64,000 nt of DNA from Actinomycetota bacterium (GTDB lineage Bacteria; Actinomycetota; Actinomycetes; Nanopelagicales; Nanopelagicaceae): positions 2,512 through 66,511 of the forward strand of contig JBDLSZ010000052.1 in the NCBI GenBank assembly GCA_039799305.1, written 5' to 3'. The notes beneath the pieces are model-generated. The model saw only the letters and a list, made by a program, of their open reading frames with translations. It was not told the origin of the DNA and did no database searches. The translations under genes were made by a program, and so were the position numbers. Below are positions 31,319-40,936 of this stretch, in pieces (the stretch's first letter is position 1; every line of letters starts with the position of its first letter).

Positions 31319-31330
31319 AGGATTATTCTG

Positions 31331-31957
31331 CTACAACTTAGTTGCAAGCAATAATCCATCACCCGTTGGAATGAGTGAGCTCACCCACGACTGTGTATCG
31401 GACTTAATTAACTTCCCAGCTTCGCGCAGGGCAATGGTTTTTGGATCACGTTGAGCGGGATCATGAACTTTTGAGCCACCGAAGAAGTTATCAATAACAA
31501 AGACTCCACCGCTTCGAAGAATGCGATGTGCTTCAGAGATTGCAAAGGATAAATCTTCAGGGTTATGGCGATAGACAACAAGGTCATAAGCGCGATCGGT
31601 GAGCTTTGTCATGACATCCATAACTGAATTGGTGATGAATCGATAGCGTGATTGAGCGATTTCAGCATCTGCCATTGCAAGCTTTGCGATAGATGTATGT
31701 TCCATCTCATCATCGATTGATGTCAGTGTGCCACTTGCAATCATTCCTTCAAGAATCCAGAGAGATCCCACACCAGAACCAGTTCCAATCTCAACAACAG
31801 ATTGTGCATCAAGGAGATGGGCAAGATGGCGAAGATATGCGCCTGTGCCCTGAGATGCATCGAGTGTGCCAAGTTCTAGACCTCGTGCACGTGCGGCGAT
31901 CTTTACCGCATCTTCTGCAATGAAGGATTCTGCATAAGAGTGCGGGTTGTTGTTCAT
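31331..31957 (-). CDS. SAM-dependent O-methyltransferase (Rv1220c-like)
   Basis: VEIGTGSGV, LRSGGVFVIDN, DPAQRD, P.GDGLL; ATGA overlap with pepA. Confidence 0.88.
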   Translation of the reverse strand: MNNNPHSYAESFIAEDAVKIAARARGLELGTLDASQGTGAYLRHLAHLLDAQSVVEIGTGSGVGSLWILEGMIASGTLTSIDDEMEHTSIAKLAMADAEIAQSRYRFITNSVMDVMTKLTDRAYDLVVYRHNPEDLSFAISEAHRILRSGGVFVIDNFFGGSKVHDPAQRDPKTIALREAGKLIKSDTQSWVSSLIPTGDGLLLATKL

Positions 31958-33435
31958 GAGAGGGACAATATCCAATCGATGAAGAATCGCACGCCAAATC
32001 CAGTGCCGCCTTTAGCATTTTCTCCAGAATCAGTTTCGCTACGGCCAGTTCCTGCAATATCTAGGTGGACCCAGCGAGATTCACCAACAAAATGCTCGAG
32101 ATAGAGAGCTGCAGTCACAGAACCGGCTGAGTAATCGCCCTTATCTGCAGCATGGTTTAGATCTGCAACATCACTTTCAAGTGAATCTCGGTAATCATCA
32201 ATTAGCGGCATATGCCACACGCGCTCACCTGATGATTCACCAACTGAGACGAGCTCTTTAGCAAGTTTCTCATCACGCGTGTAGAGAGCGGCATATTGGC
32301 GACCAAGACCAAGAGTTGCTGAACCTGTCAGAGTTGCAATATCAAATAGGTAATCAGGATCTAGTTTTTCCACCGCATAAGCCAGACCATCTGCAAGAAC
32401 GAGGCGGCCTTCTGCATCAGTATTAATGATTTCAACTGTTGTTCCACCATATTGTGTAATGACATCAGATGGACGTTGTGATGTGCCAGAGAGTGCATTC
32501 TCAGCACACATCATCAGGACTGTGACTTTTACTTGTGGTTGCAAATCTGGAAGTGCGCTGATCGTTGCAAGTGCTGCTGCAGCTCCGGCCATATCGCTCT
32601 TCATCGCTGTCATAAATTCGTAAGGGCGCTTCAGTGATATCCCACCCGTATCAAAGGTGATTCCCTTACCAACAATGACAACATGCGGCAGCGCTGCGGC
32701 CGAACGTGCCTTGCCCTTAGGGATATATGTAATTTCAATAAATCGCGGGCCTGGCTTAGGTGATGAATTTCCCACTGCGCGAAGGCCGCCAAATTGTGCA
32801 AGCTCTTTGCCAGCAAGAATAGAGATTGCTAATCCTTTTTCTTCAGCAATCTTTTTCGCCTCTTGCGCCATCCATAATGGAGTCTTGATATTTGCTGGCG
32901 TATGGATTAAATCCCGCGCCGTATAGAGAGCTCGAGAAATAACTCCTGCTTCAGCAACAGATGCGCCATCTTTGGTTGCAATTGCAATCGTGGCGATTTC
33001 TGCTGGTTTTCCAGTCTTGAGGTTCCAGGAGTAGGCACCAAGAAGAATGGAGACTCCGTGGGCGCGAATTTCTGCTCGCGATTGCGCAACGAGGGTGATG
33101 AGTTCAATCGCCTTGCCGCGCACCTTGCGACCAAGTGATGCACCTGCTGCGCGAAGGGAAGCAAGTGAGCCATCTCCGACTGCAACAAGATAAAGGCGAT
33201 CTACCGATGAATCTTTATGGAGAACAGGGATTTCAAAGAGCTCCCCAGCTTTTCCTGTAGGAGTAAAGAAAGAAATTTCATCAACGAGGTTGATTCCAAA
33301 GTACTTTTCAAGGGAGGAAATTAAGCGAGCGCTACCAACGAGCTCAATATTGTCTTCGTTTTTCTTTGTAAAACCCAGTGCAAGAACATCTGCGCTTATC
33401 AGCGCCTCGATATCTGGTGCGACTGTGTGAAGAAT
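31954..33435 (-). CDS. pepA: M17 leucyl aminopeptidase; probable non-canonical ATT start at 33435
   Basis: GKGITFDTGG, MKSDMAG, NTDAEGRL, ATLTG are intact. The frame stays open 104 codons upstream of the track's GTG (ILHTVAPDIEAL...GKAGE...RLYLVAVGD), giving 493 aa, the usual M17 size. The start position is uncertain. Confidence 0.88.
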   Translation of the reverse strand: MLHTVAPDIEALISADVLALGFTKKNEDNIELVGSARLISSLEKYFGINLVDEISFFTPTGKAGELFEIPVLHKDSSVDRLYLVAVGDGSLASLRAAGASLGRKVRGKAIELITLVAQSRAEIRAHGVSILLGAYSWNLKTGKPAEIATIAIATKDGASVAEAGVISRALYTARDLIHTPANIKTPLWMAQEAKKIAEEKGLAISILAGKELAQFGGLRAVGNSSPKPGPRFIEITYIPKGKARSAAALPHVVIVGKGITFDTGGISLKRPYEFMTAMKSDMAGAAAALATISALPDLQPQVKVTVLMMCAENALSGTSQRPSDVITQYGGTTVEIINTDAEGRLVLADGLAYAVEKLDPDYLFDIATLTGSATLGLGRQYAALYTRDEKLAKELVSVGESSGERVWHMPLIDDYRDSLESDVADLNHAADKGDYSAGSVTAALYLEHFVGESRWVHLDIAGTGRSETDSGENAKGGTGFGVRFFIDWILSLS

Positions 33436-33450
33436 TTTCCTAGATCCGCT

Positions 33451-33630
33451 CTACTTCTTAATAAGGGCAACAGCGGCTTCAAGAGCTGCGCTGAGGTTAT
33501 TTGCTTCCTGTGGGTTGAGTTCAACCACGAGGCGCCCGCCGCCTTCGAGAGGAATTCGCATGACGAGTGAGCGTGCTTCCTTAGTTACTTCCATTGGTCC
33601 ATCACCGGTACGAGGTTTCATAGCTGCCAT
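33451..33630 (-). CDS. DUF3117-family small protein (59 aa)
   Basis: Not in the ORF track; hand translation MAAMKPRTGDGPMEVTKEARSLVMRIPLEGGGRLVVELNPQEANNLSAALEAAVALIKK with an AAGGAG SD. Confidence 0.93.
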   Translation of the reverse strand: MAAMKPRTGDGPMEVTKEARSLVMRIPLEGGGRLVVELNPQEANNLSAALEAAVALIKK

Positions 33631-33742
33631 GGTGGGGACTCCTTGTTGGTCTAACTTCGGGCGGGGAAACTTTCCTCAAGGAAAGTCGAGGGGAGAAGTA
33701 TCTCGCAGAATGAGCCGGGGGTGAAATCGGCAATAGTGGCCT

Positions 33743-33943
33743 TTAGAGGCCCAATATCGCCGTGAGTCGAGCCTTTCCAGACTCAATAACTGCAATAACT
33801 GCGCGTTCTGGGACTGAGAGCATGGTTGCAATATCAGCACTTGATTTAGATCGAAGGTAATGCAAGGTCAAAATGATTCGCTCTTCTTCAGGAAGAGAGG
33901 CGAGCAGTTCAGCAAGGGTTTGAGGATTGCTTGAGCTGCTCAT
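33743..33943 (-). CDS. Stand-alone sigma-70 region-4-like HTH protein (66 aa)
   Basis: LASLPEEERIILTLHY..KSSADIATMLSVPERAV..IESGKARL follows the sigma region-4 pattern; TAACCT lies 8 nt upstream of ATG 33943. Confidence 0.72.
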   Translation of the reverse strand: MSSSSNPQTLAELLASLPEEERIILTLHYLRSKSSADIATMLSVPERAVIAVIESGKARLTAILGL

Positions 33944-33995
33944 AGGAATAGAGGTTACTCGCTTGATTCTTAAAGAAACCGAAGAAAAGGGTGAC

Positions 33996-34445
33996 TTATG
34001 TAAAAGATCGAGCAAATCGTGCGAGGGATATACGCACGCCTATATAGAGGAAGGGAGCAACGAGCAGAAATATCGCCTTAGGGGCCACGATCGTTTCTGA
34101 CCAGTCAAAGCGCGTGGATGAGCTATTTATTTCACTGAGTTGAAATGATCCACTTCCCTTTAATACCTTTCCAACGTGGTCGACATCGCAACGATGCGGT
34201 GGTTGCCATTGCGTCACCACCATGAGATCGAGAAGCCCAAGAGTTTTCAATCGTGGATAGAACTTATGTAGCGGTCCCGTAAATGCAGCGATTGAAGTAC
34301 CAACTCCTTCGACTTGAGTTGATGTCACCCACACCTTTGTCTGCAACATCCAGTCGCCTTGTGATTTCCAATCAGCAATCTTCTTCCAGACAGCTTCGCG
34401 CGGTGCATCAATAGTTAGGCTAATCGAAAGTGTGTTACTCGCCAT
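33996..34445 (-). CDS. SRPBCC-family protein
   Basis: IDAPREAVW..DW..QGDW, GVG, WQPP.RC.V.H.G..G.G.F. Confidence 0.85.
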   Translation of the reverse strand: MASNTLSISLTIDAPREAVWKKIADWKSQGDWMLQTKVWVTSTQVEGVGTSIAAFTGPLHKFYPRLKTLGLLDLMVVTQWQPPHRCDVDHVGKVLKGSGSFQLSEINSSSTRFDWSETIVAPKAIFLLVAPFLYIGVRISLARFARSFT

Positions 34446-34447
34446 TT

Positions 34448-34987
34448 TTACTTTTTACCATGGGCGATAGCAACAGCTTCTTCAACTGTTGTAGTCCAAT
34501 GTAAAAGATCGCGCATTCCTGGCTTTACAAAATTCTCATTTTCAAGATGTTCCACCAGTGCATGAAGTGGTTGAAATACGCCGTGTGGATCAAGGATGAT
34601 GACTGGCTTATCGTGAAACTTAAGATAGCGGCCCACCCATATCTCAAAGAGTTCTTCGAGAGTTCCAAGGCCACCAGGAAGGGTAATAAAGGCATCGGAG
34701 AGATCTTCAATCTTCGCCTTTCGGGTGCGCATCGAATCAACGACAATGAGTTCATCGCTATCGTGATCTGCAAATTCAATATCGACAAGTTTTTGAGGGA
34801 TGATGCCGATAGTCCGGCCACCCTTACTTCGAGCACCGCGTGAAATAGCGCCCATCGCAGAGATATGGCCTCCGCCTGATACGAGTTCGGCGCCGCTTTC
34901 TGCAATGCCAACGCCAAGATCAAATGCCAGATCGATAAATTTGCTATCAATCGTGGGTGATGAGGAACAAAATACTGCAATGCGCAT
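34448..34987 (-). CDS. LOG-family (TIGR00730) phosphoribohydrolase
   Basis: AVFCSS, GGG..MGA, RK, LPGGLGTLEELFE. Confidence 0.92.
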   Translation of the reverse strand: MRIAVFCSSSPTIDSKFIDLAFDLGVGIAESGAELVSGGGHISAMGAISRGARSKGGRTIGIIPQKLVDIEFADHDSDELIVVDSMRTRKAKIEDLSDAFITLPGGLGTLEELFEIWVGRYLKFHDKPVIILDPHGVFQPLHALVEHLENENFVKPGMRDLLHWTTTVEEAVAIAHGKK

Positions 34988-35017
34988 GAGGGACAGGATA
35001 GGGGTTAGGCTTAGAAC

Positions 35018-35935
35018 ATGTCTTCTTTAGCTCATGGCCATGGAATCGCAACAGTTGCGGGTTCAACAGTTCTCGATGTGTGGTTTCCATCCCCTGCATT
35101 AGGAGCCCTTACTGGTGCACCTGATGCAACCCTGACATCAATGGTGGGAAGCGATGAAGCTCGCGGTGTCACACGCGAATTGGTCTCACTTGAAATTGAT
35201 CTCACACTAGCTCCGAAGGATGCAAAAGATGCATATCTTCGTCTTCACCTTCTCTCACATCGACTTGTAAAACCTCACGGTCAATCACTTGAAGGAATCT
35301 TTGGGCTACTAACAAATGTTGTCTGGACATCAGCTGGGCCATGCGCTGTCGATGGCTTTGAAGCCACACGAGCAAAGCTCAAAGCTAAGTATGGACATGT
35401 CTCAGTTTTCAGTGTTGATAAGTTCCCACGCATGGTTGATTACGTCATTCCTTCTGGTGTTCGCATTGCAGATGCAGATCGCGTTCGACTCGGTGCATAT
35501 CTCTCATCTGGCACAACAGTGATGCATGAAGGCTTCATCAACTTCAATGCTGGAACTCTTGGAACTTCTATGGTGGAAGGGCGTATTTCAGCCGGAGTTG
35601 TTGTGGGAGATGGCACAGATGTTGGCGGAGGTGCATCCATCATGGGCACTCTCAGCGGTGGCGGTAAAGAGGTAATTTCTATCGGTGAAAAGTGTCTTCT
35701 CGGTGCGAACTCAGGACTTGGAATCTCACTCGGTGATAACTGTGTGATTGAAGCAGGCACATACATCACAGCTGCTGCAAAGGTGAAGCTTCCTGATGGA
35801 GAGATTGTAAAAGCTGGAACTCTCTCTGGTGCACATAATCTTTTGTTCCGTCGCAACTCACTTACTGGTGGACTTGAAGCGGTAATGCGCACTGGCACCT
35901 GGGGTGGATTGAACTCAGTTCTCCACGCTAATTAA
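35018..35935 (+). CDS. dapD: Tetrahydrodipicolinate N-succinyltransferase (actinobacterial type)
   Basis: YLRLHLLSHRLVKPH, VDKFPRMVDYV, MHEGFINFNAGTLG, EGRISAGV. Confidence 0.96.
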   Translation: MSSLAHGHGIATVAGSTVLDVWFPSPALGALTGAPDATLTSMVGSDEARGVTRELVSLEIDLTLAPKDAKDAYLRLHLLSHRLVKPHGQSLEGIFGLLTNVVWTSAGPCAVDGFEATRAKLKAKYGHVSVFSVDKFPRMVDYVIPSGVRIADADRVRLGAYLSSGTTVMHEGFINFNAGTLGTSMVEGRISAGVVVGDGTDVGGGASIMGTLSGGGKEVISIGEKCLLGANSGLGISLGDNCVIEAGTYITAAAKVKLPDGEIVKAGTLSGAHNLLFRRNSLTGGLEAVMRTGTWGGLNSVLHAN

Positions 35936-35938
35936 TAT

Positions 35939-37120
35939 TTATTGCGCTAATTGAAAATATGGCGAAGGAATCTTCGCACGGCTTCTAAAGGTATCCCCGC
36001 GCAGTAACTTGGTAGAGCCGTTACTGCTTGTTCCCTTTATATAGGTCACAGCCCCAGCGCTATTGCGTGAGACGATCTCTAAAGAAATAACATCAGGAAG
36101 TAAGAATGCAGCTGCTACTAACTGCTGCGTTGAACTTGCCTTCCATGATGCAAATCGTGGATTGATCTTAGGATCAAGTCCAGCAGGATCTGCTACAGAT
36201 TGCGTATAAGAAGTTGCTTGTCCCCATGCATCAAGAGTTGTCTGCGTTGCACCACCAGATGATGATGAGTAGTAAGCCTGTATGGGCTTACCGTTAGCAA
36301 GAATTACCAAACTTGTTGATGAGTCGATATTGGTGCGAGTAACAGCTGCCTTCCATAGCGCACCAATCTTTGGCTCAGCCTCTTTTGAATACCCGACAAA
36401 GTTTTGATCTGCGATATGTGAATACACATGGCAATCACACGAAGGCTTGAGCACGCCAATCTTTGATAAAGCATAGGAACGAGAGGCAATCACCTGCGCT
36501 TCAAGGGCTGCTGTTGGCCACGCAGATGACATCTCACTTATCCCCCACAAGTATTCATCATGCACGCTCAGTGAATTAGTCACTTCGATTGCACCTTTTA
36601 CTACCTTCATCTGCATCTGTCCGTAGCGATACTTCACAGCACTTCCTGGTTGAGAAAAAGTGATGACTGTATTGGGCCCAGTCCATCGAATCGTGAAACT
36701 CTTTCCTGATACTGGTCCAGTGATAACTCCACTGGCATCAACTCGGAAGGATGCTTTCTGCTTCGCACTGAAAGTTGCGATGGGTGCGACATCTGTTGGG
36801 CTGACTACTTCACCTGCATAGATCTGAATCAGTGAATCTGGTGTTGCTGAGACGAATGAGACTGAACGAAGTAGATGGCCAACATTGACTCGCACTGTGT
36901 GTGTATCAACTGCTGGAGCAATCACTACATCTTTGTAATAGTAATTAAGAATCGTGGTTGCACTTTCGCCAGCCAGCGCATGAGCTCGCGCGCCCATCTG
37001 GCTCATACCAACGCCATGGCCGTATCCCGCACCCGTGAATGAAAAAGCCTGTGGGGTTTCTGCTTGAGCGATAGGAATGAGAGAGAAAGTAAGAAGAGAC
37101 AGGAGTACTGCTTTATACAT
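35939..37120 (-). CDS. SpoIID/LytB-domain secreted protein (putative lytic transglycosylase)
   Basis: Signal peptide, GYGHGVGMSQMGA, YLWGISEMSSAWP.AALEAQVIASRSYA, YSSSSGG.T. Confidence 0.88.
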   Translation of the reverse strand: MYKAVLLSLLTFSLIPIAQAETPQAFSFTGAGYGHGVGMSQMGARAHALAGESATTILNYYYKDVVIAPAVDTHTVRVNVGHLLRSVSFVSATPDSLIQIYAGEVVSPTDVAPIATFSAKQKASFRVDASGVITGPVSGKSFTIRWTGPNTVITFSQPGSAVKYRYGQMQMKVVKGAIEVTNSLSVHDEYLWGISEMSSAWPTAALEAQVIASRSYALSKIGVLKPSCDCHVYSHIADQNFVGYSKEAEPKIGALWKAAVTRTNIDSSTSLVILANGKPIQAYYSSSSGGATQTTLDAWGQATSYTQSVADPAGLDPKINPRFASWKASSTQQLVAAAFLLPDVISLEIVSRNSAGAVTYIKGTSSNGSTKLLRGDTFRSRAKIPSPYFQLAQ

Positions 37121-37919
37121 CCTCATCAGATGACGCGCTCTTTCTTGCATCTACGAATTCACGATATGCAGCGATTACTTCCGTGGGATTGCCTCGCATC
37201 ATGAGTTTGCCCTTATTGAGCCAGATGACTTCATTACAAATATCTTCGATAGTTGCTAAGGCGTGGCTCACAAGGATGAGTGCGCGATCTGCAGTGCGTA
37301 GTTCCTTAATGCGGTTAAGGCTCTTCTCCTTGAATTTCGCATCTCCCGTGCTGAGCGCCTCATCAATAATCAAAATATCAGGTTCAACTACTGCCGCTAC
37401 AGAGAAAGCTAGGCGCGCATACATTCCTGATGAATAGGTGCGCATCGGCGCATCAATTGATTCTCCAAGTTCAGAGAAGTCTGCGATGGAGTCAAAACTT
37501 GCATCAATTTCCTCGCGTGACATACCTGCTGCGAGCCCACCTAAATAAACATTGTCACGGCCTGTCATTGAAGGATTAAAGCCAACACCTAAGGCGAGCA
37601 GTGTGCTGACACTTCCAAAGACCTCCACTCGACCTTGTGTGGGTGGAACAATTCCTGAAATCACGCGCATGAGAGAAGATTTACCAGCACCGTTAGAACC
37701 GATTATTCCAAGCACCGTTCCATAATGAACATCGATTGAGACATCATTGAGTGCGCGAACAATGCGTGTGTGCTTCTTTCCTCGCCCCACAGTTTTCAAA
37801 CGAGCTTTCAGAGTTGGCTTCTTATCAATAGATGTTGTGTAGGTAAGGCCGAGATCTTTCACCGAGACAGCAATGCTGTGGGGAGAATGTTCGTGGTTAT
37901 AGTCGGACAGCGAAATCAC
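37113..37919 (-). CDS. Polysaccharide/teichoic-acid export ABC ATPase (TagH/Wzt-like)
   Basis: GSNGAGKS, YSSGMYARLAF, IIDEALSTGD, VSH. Confidence 0.92.
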   Translation of the reverse strand: MISLSDYNHEHSPHSIAVSVKDLGLTYTTSIDKKPTLKARLKTVGRGKKHTRIVRALNDVSIDVHYGTVLGIIGSNGAGKSSLMRVISGIVPPTQGRVEVFGSVSTLLALGVGFNPSMTGRDNVYLGGLAAGMSREEIDASFDSIADFSELGESIDAPMRTYSSGMYARLAFSVAAVVEPDILIIDEALSTGDAKFKEKSLNRIKELRTADRALILVSHALATIEDICNEVIWLNKGKLMMRGNPTEVIAAYREFVDARKSASSDEDV

Positions 37920-38724
37920 GCTCCCTCGATAAGAAGAAATAAGTACCAGTTAAAAAGATGAAGAGCGCCCATGCGGTTGCGTGTAGGAGGCTACTCATAG
38001 AAGGTGCCTGCGCATGCACGACAACTCGTGACCAAGCATCAAGTAGGAAGAAGATTGGGTTGGCAATCTCAAGAGTTCTGATTCGATCAGAAACACTGGA
38101 TGCCTCATAGAGAATCGGCGATAAGTAGAGAAGGCTGCGAGTCAGGTATGGCAGCATGCTTGAAATGTCACGGAAGTAAACATTGATACACGAAATCAAA
38201 ATAGCCATACCAAGCGCCATGATGAGTGCAATGAGAAGAATTGGTATCGCCCACAGCATCTGCCATGAATATGGAAGTCCAATTACCGCATGGATGATGA
38301 CGAAGACAAAGAGTGTTGGAATAAATTTAAAGAGCGCAATGACCGTGGCAGAGATTGGCAGCATGATGCGAGGAAATGAAGTGTTCAGAATCAAACGCTG
38401 ACCCGAAGTAATTGCCTTTACTCCCCCGGTCAAACTATTTGCAATGAGATAGAAGAGAAAGAGGCTGGCAGTCAAGTGGCCAAATCGAATTGCATCACTA
38501 CTTCCGCCGATAACGTAGATCAAGAGGAAATAGACGCCAGAGAGAAGTAGTGGGTTCAGAACTAACCAGAGCTGACCGAAGATTGAACCGTAATTCTGCT
38601 CGCGAAGTTCAGAGCGAGAAAACTCGGCGATAAAGGTGCGCCGGCTCCAGAGTGAGCGCATGTAATCGCGCATGGGAGGTAATCCCGCGCGGAATGGCTC
38701 ATAAACAACTACTGGTTTCTCCAC
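37897..38724 (-). CDS. Polysaccharide/teichoic-acid export ABC permease (TagG/Wzm-like)
   Basis: GQLWLVLNPLL, YFRD, YLSPILY, NP, C-terminal ERDFA. Confidence 0.9.
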   Translation of the reverse strand: MEKPVVVYEPFRAGLPPMRDYMRSLWSRRTFIAEFSRSELREQNYGSIFGQLWLVLNPLLLSGVYFLLIYVIGGSSDAIRFGHLTASLFLFYLIANSLTGGVKAITSGQRLILNTSFPRIMLPISATVIALFKFIPTLFVFVIIHAVIGLPYSWQMLWAIPILLIALIMALGMAILISCINVYFRDISSMLPYLTRSLLYLSPILYEASSVSDRIRTLEIANPIFFLLDAWSRVVVHAQAPSMSSLLHATAWALFIFLTGTYFFLSRERDFAVRL

Positions 38725-38754
38725 GTGCGAAAGGCTACCGCAGTAGCCACCTCG

Positions 38755-39753
38755 TTATTCAGATGAAGGCACGAGAGTCTTTGGTGATGAGATAAATCCT
38801 GCTCCCCATGCGAAGTGCATGGTCGGAATTACCGTCAAGAGTAGGAAATATTCTCGAATGGACGATGCAATTCTGACCGATGCTGCAAGGACAAAGAGAA
38901 GATAAATAGCTGCTGGAATAAAGAGAATAGGTAGAAAGAATCCAGCAATCAAAGAAAGAGTGAAGCCAACAAGTGCAAAAGGTGGAGCAAGGTAGCGATA
39001 ATTAATCGTTCCGCTATGTCTCCTAGAAACCACGCGACGCCAGCGTCCATATTCAAAATACTGTTTCGCAAGTGCTTGCACTGTTGATCGTGGACGATAT
39101 GTCACATGCAGACGAGGATCGAAATAGACGACTCCTCCATTTTCGCGCAAGCGGAAATTAAGTTCCCAATCTTGTGCACGAGTAAATCTTTCATCGAATC
39201 CACCAATTGCAACGAGGGCTTCTCTTCTAAATGCACCGAGATAGACCGTATCTACAATCCCTGCTTCTCCACCTGTGTGAAAACGTGATGCTCCTACTCC
39301 GAGTGGACTGCGCATTGCACCTGCAACTGCTCGCTCAAATGGTGTGGTGCCAACAGCTGCCATCACGCCACCGACATTGACTGCCCCGGTCTTATTGAGA
39401 ATTTCAACAATAAGTGAGAGGTAGTCATTAGGGATATGTGCATGACCGTCAACGCGAACTACTACGGGGCTCTGAGATTTATTGAGTGCAATGTTGAGAC
39501 CAGCAGCTGTGCGACCAGTGGGATTGTCGACCAAGACAACTCGCGAATCACGGCGTGAGATGGATTGAGCAATTTCTAATGTGCGATCACGTGAAGGACC
39601 AACGGCAAGGATTACTTCGATCTTTCCTTGATAATCCTGAGAAAGAATTGAGTGCACTGCTTCTTCCAGATGTGTCTCTTCATTGAGAACTGGAAGGATG
39701 ACGCTGATAGATGGGTGCGGTGAGCCAAATAACTCAGGAGTCGGTGTCGCCAT
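38755..39753 (-). CDS. GT2 glycosyltransferase (ExoA-like)
   Basis: ILPVLNE, RVDGH, DTVYLGAF, GGFDE..RAQDWELNFR, QYFEYG.WR. Confidence 0.9.
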   Translation of the reverse strand: MATPTPELFGSPHPSISVILPVLNEETHLEEAVHSILSQDYQGKIEVILAVGPSRDRTLEIAQSISRRDSRVVLVDNPTGRTAAGLNIALNKSQSPVVVRVDGHAHIPNDYLSLIVEILNKTGAVNVGGVMAAVGTTPFERAVAGAMRSPLGVGASRFHTGGEAGIVDTVYLGAFRREALVAIGGFDERFTRAQDWELNFRLRENGGVVYFDPRLHVTYRPRSTVQALAKQYFEYGRWRRVVSRRHSGTINYRYLAPPFALVGFTLSLIAGFFLPILFIPAAIYLLFVLAASVRIASSIREYFLLLTVIPTMHFAWGAGFISSPKTLVPSSE

Positions 39754-39789
39754 AACCCCTCCACGCTATCGTCCAAGTACCCTACGGAT

Positions 39790-40890
39790 GTGAAATCATC
39801 CCGTGCAATTCGAATTATTACATCACTCTCCGTGGGTGTTGTCCTTATTGCATCCCTCTCATGGCTCGGATTAGGTCAGGTCAGCGGGCAGATTTCACGT
39901 ATTGATGTCTTTGGTTCACTCAAAGATCGTCCAGAGAAAACCTCACGCGCCCTTAATTACCTCGTCGTTGGTTCTGATACCCGCGAAGGACTTACCAAAG
40001 CGCAGATTAAAGCGCTGCGTGTAGGAAGCACAGCTGTAGCAGCAGGCGGGCGCTCGGACACAATGCTTCTAGTTCATATTTCAAAAGCACGCGATGCTGC
40101 ATTTATCGTCTCAATTCCACGTGACACTTTGGTAACAATTCCTGCTCACCGCAGCCAAGATGGAACGCGAGATATTCCTGCGCGTCCTGGAAAAATCAAT
40201 GCAGCATTTGCATTTGGTGGCGCACCACTTCTCATTCAAACTCTTGAAGATAAAACGAATCTCAAGATTGATCACTACGTTGAAGTCAGCTTCGCTGGCT
40301 TCACGGGAGTTGTCGATGCTCTGGGTGGCATTGAAGTCTGTTCTAAAGTTGCCATCAATGACCCAAAGAGCCACCTTGTGATGGCTGCGGGCACACACCT
40401 GCTTGATGGCATTGAAGCACTAAAATATGTGCGAACACGTGATTTCGATGGTCGTGGAGATATTGGTCGTATGGAACGCCAGCAACAATTTGTCGGCGCA
40501 GTTCTTCGCAAAGCAACAAGTAGCGGCGTGCTACTAAATCCAATAAAACTCACACGATTCTATAACGCAACCATTTCAACAGTGAAGATGGATTCATCTG
40601 TTAATAAGAATGACCTGCTTACACTTGCAAAGCAGATGCGAAATCTCTCATCAAGCAGTGTCCGCACTTTGACTGTGCCACTGTCAGATCCCAATGGGAG
40701 TTATCCAGGTGTTGGATCAGTGGTGATTTGGGATGAAGAGCTATCAACTGATTTATGGACTCGCATCCGAGGCGATGAAGTGCTCGTTGAGACGATCAAA
40801 CCAACAGCAAAAGCAACCACAGAACCTGTGATCATCGACAAATTTAAGAGTAAAACAGCTGCTGATAATCCATGTGCACCCGCGAAATAG
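39790..40890 (+). CDS. LCP (LytR-CpsA-Psr) wall-polymer ligase
   Basis: VGSDTR, RSDTMLLVH, SIPRD, KINAAF, YVRTR..GDIGRMERQQ. Confidence 0.94.
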   Translation: MKSSRAIRIITSLSVGVVLIASLSWLGLGQVSGQISRIDVFGSLKDRPEKTSRALNYLVVGSDTREGLTKAQIKALRVGSTAVAAGGRSDTMLLVHISKARDAAFIVSIPRDTLVTIPAHRSQDGTRDIPARPGKINAAFAFGGAPLLIQTLEDKTNLKIDHYVEVSFAGFTGVVDALGGIEVCSKVAINDPKSHLVMAAGTHLLDGIEALKYVRTRDFDGRGDIGRMERQQQFVGAVLRKATSSGVLLNPIKLTRFYNATISTVKMDSSVNKNDLLTLAKQMRNLSSSSVRTLTVPLSDPNGSYPGVGSVVIWDEELSTDLWTRIRGDEVLVETIKPTAKATTEPVIIDKFKSKTAADNPCAPAK

Positions 40891-40936
40891 CCTCAAATTT
40901 TCGGAATTCAAATAACCCTGCAATAGACTCCCACTT

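Noticed and set aside
31954-33435. pepA as a truncated gene or frameshifted pseudogene
   Set aside because: The upstream frame is open without a shift and all metal-ligand motifs are intact.
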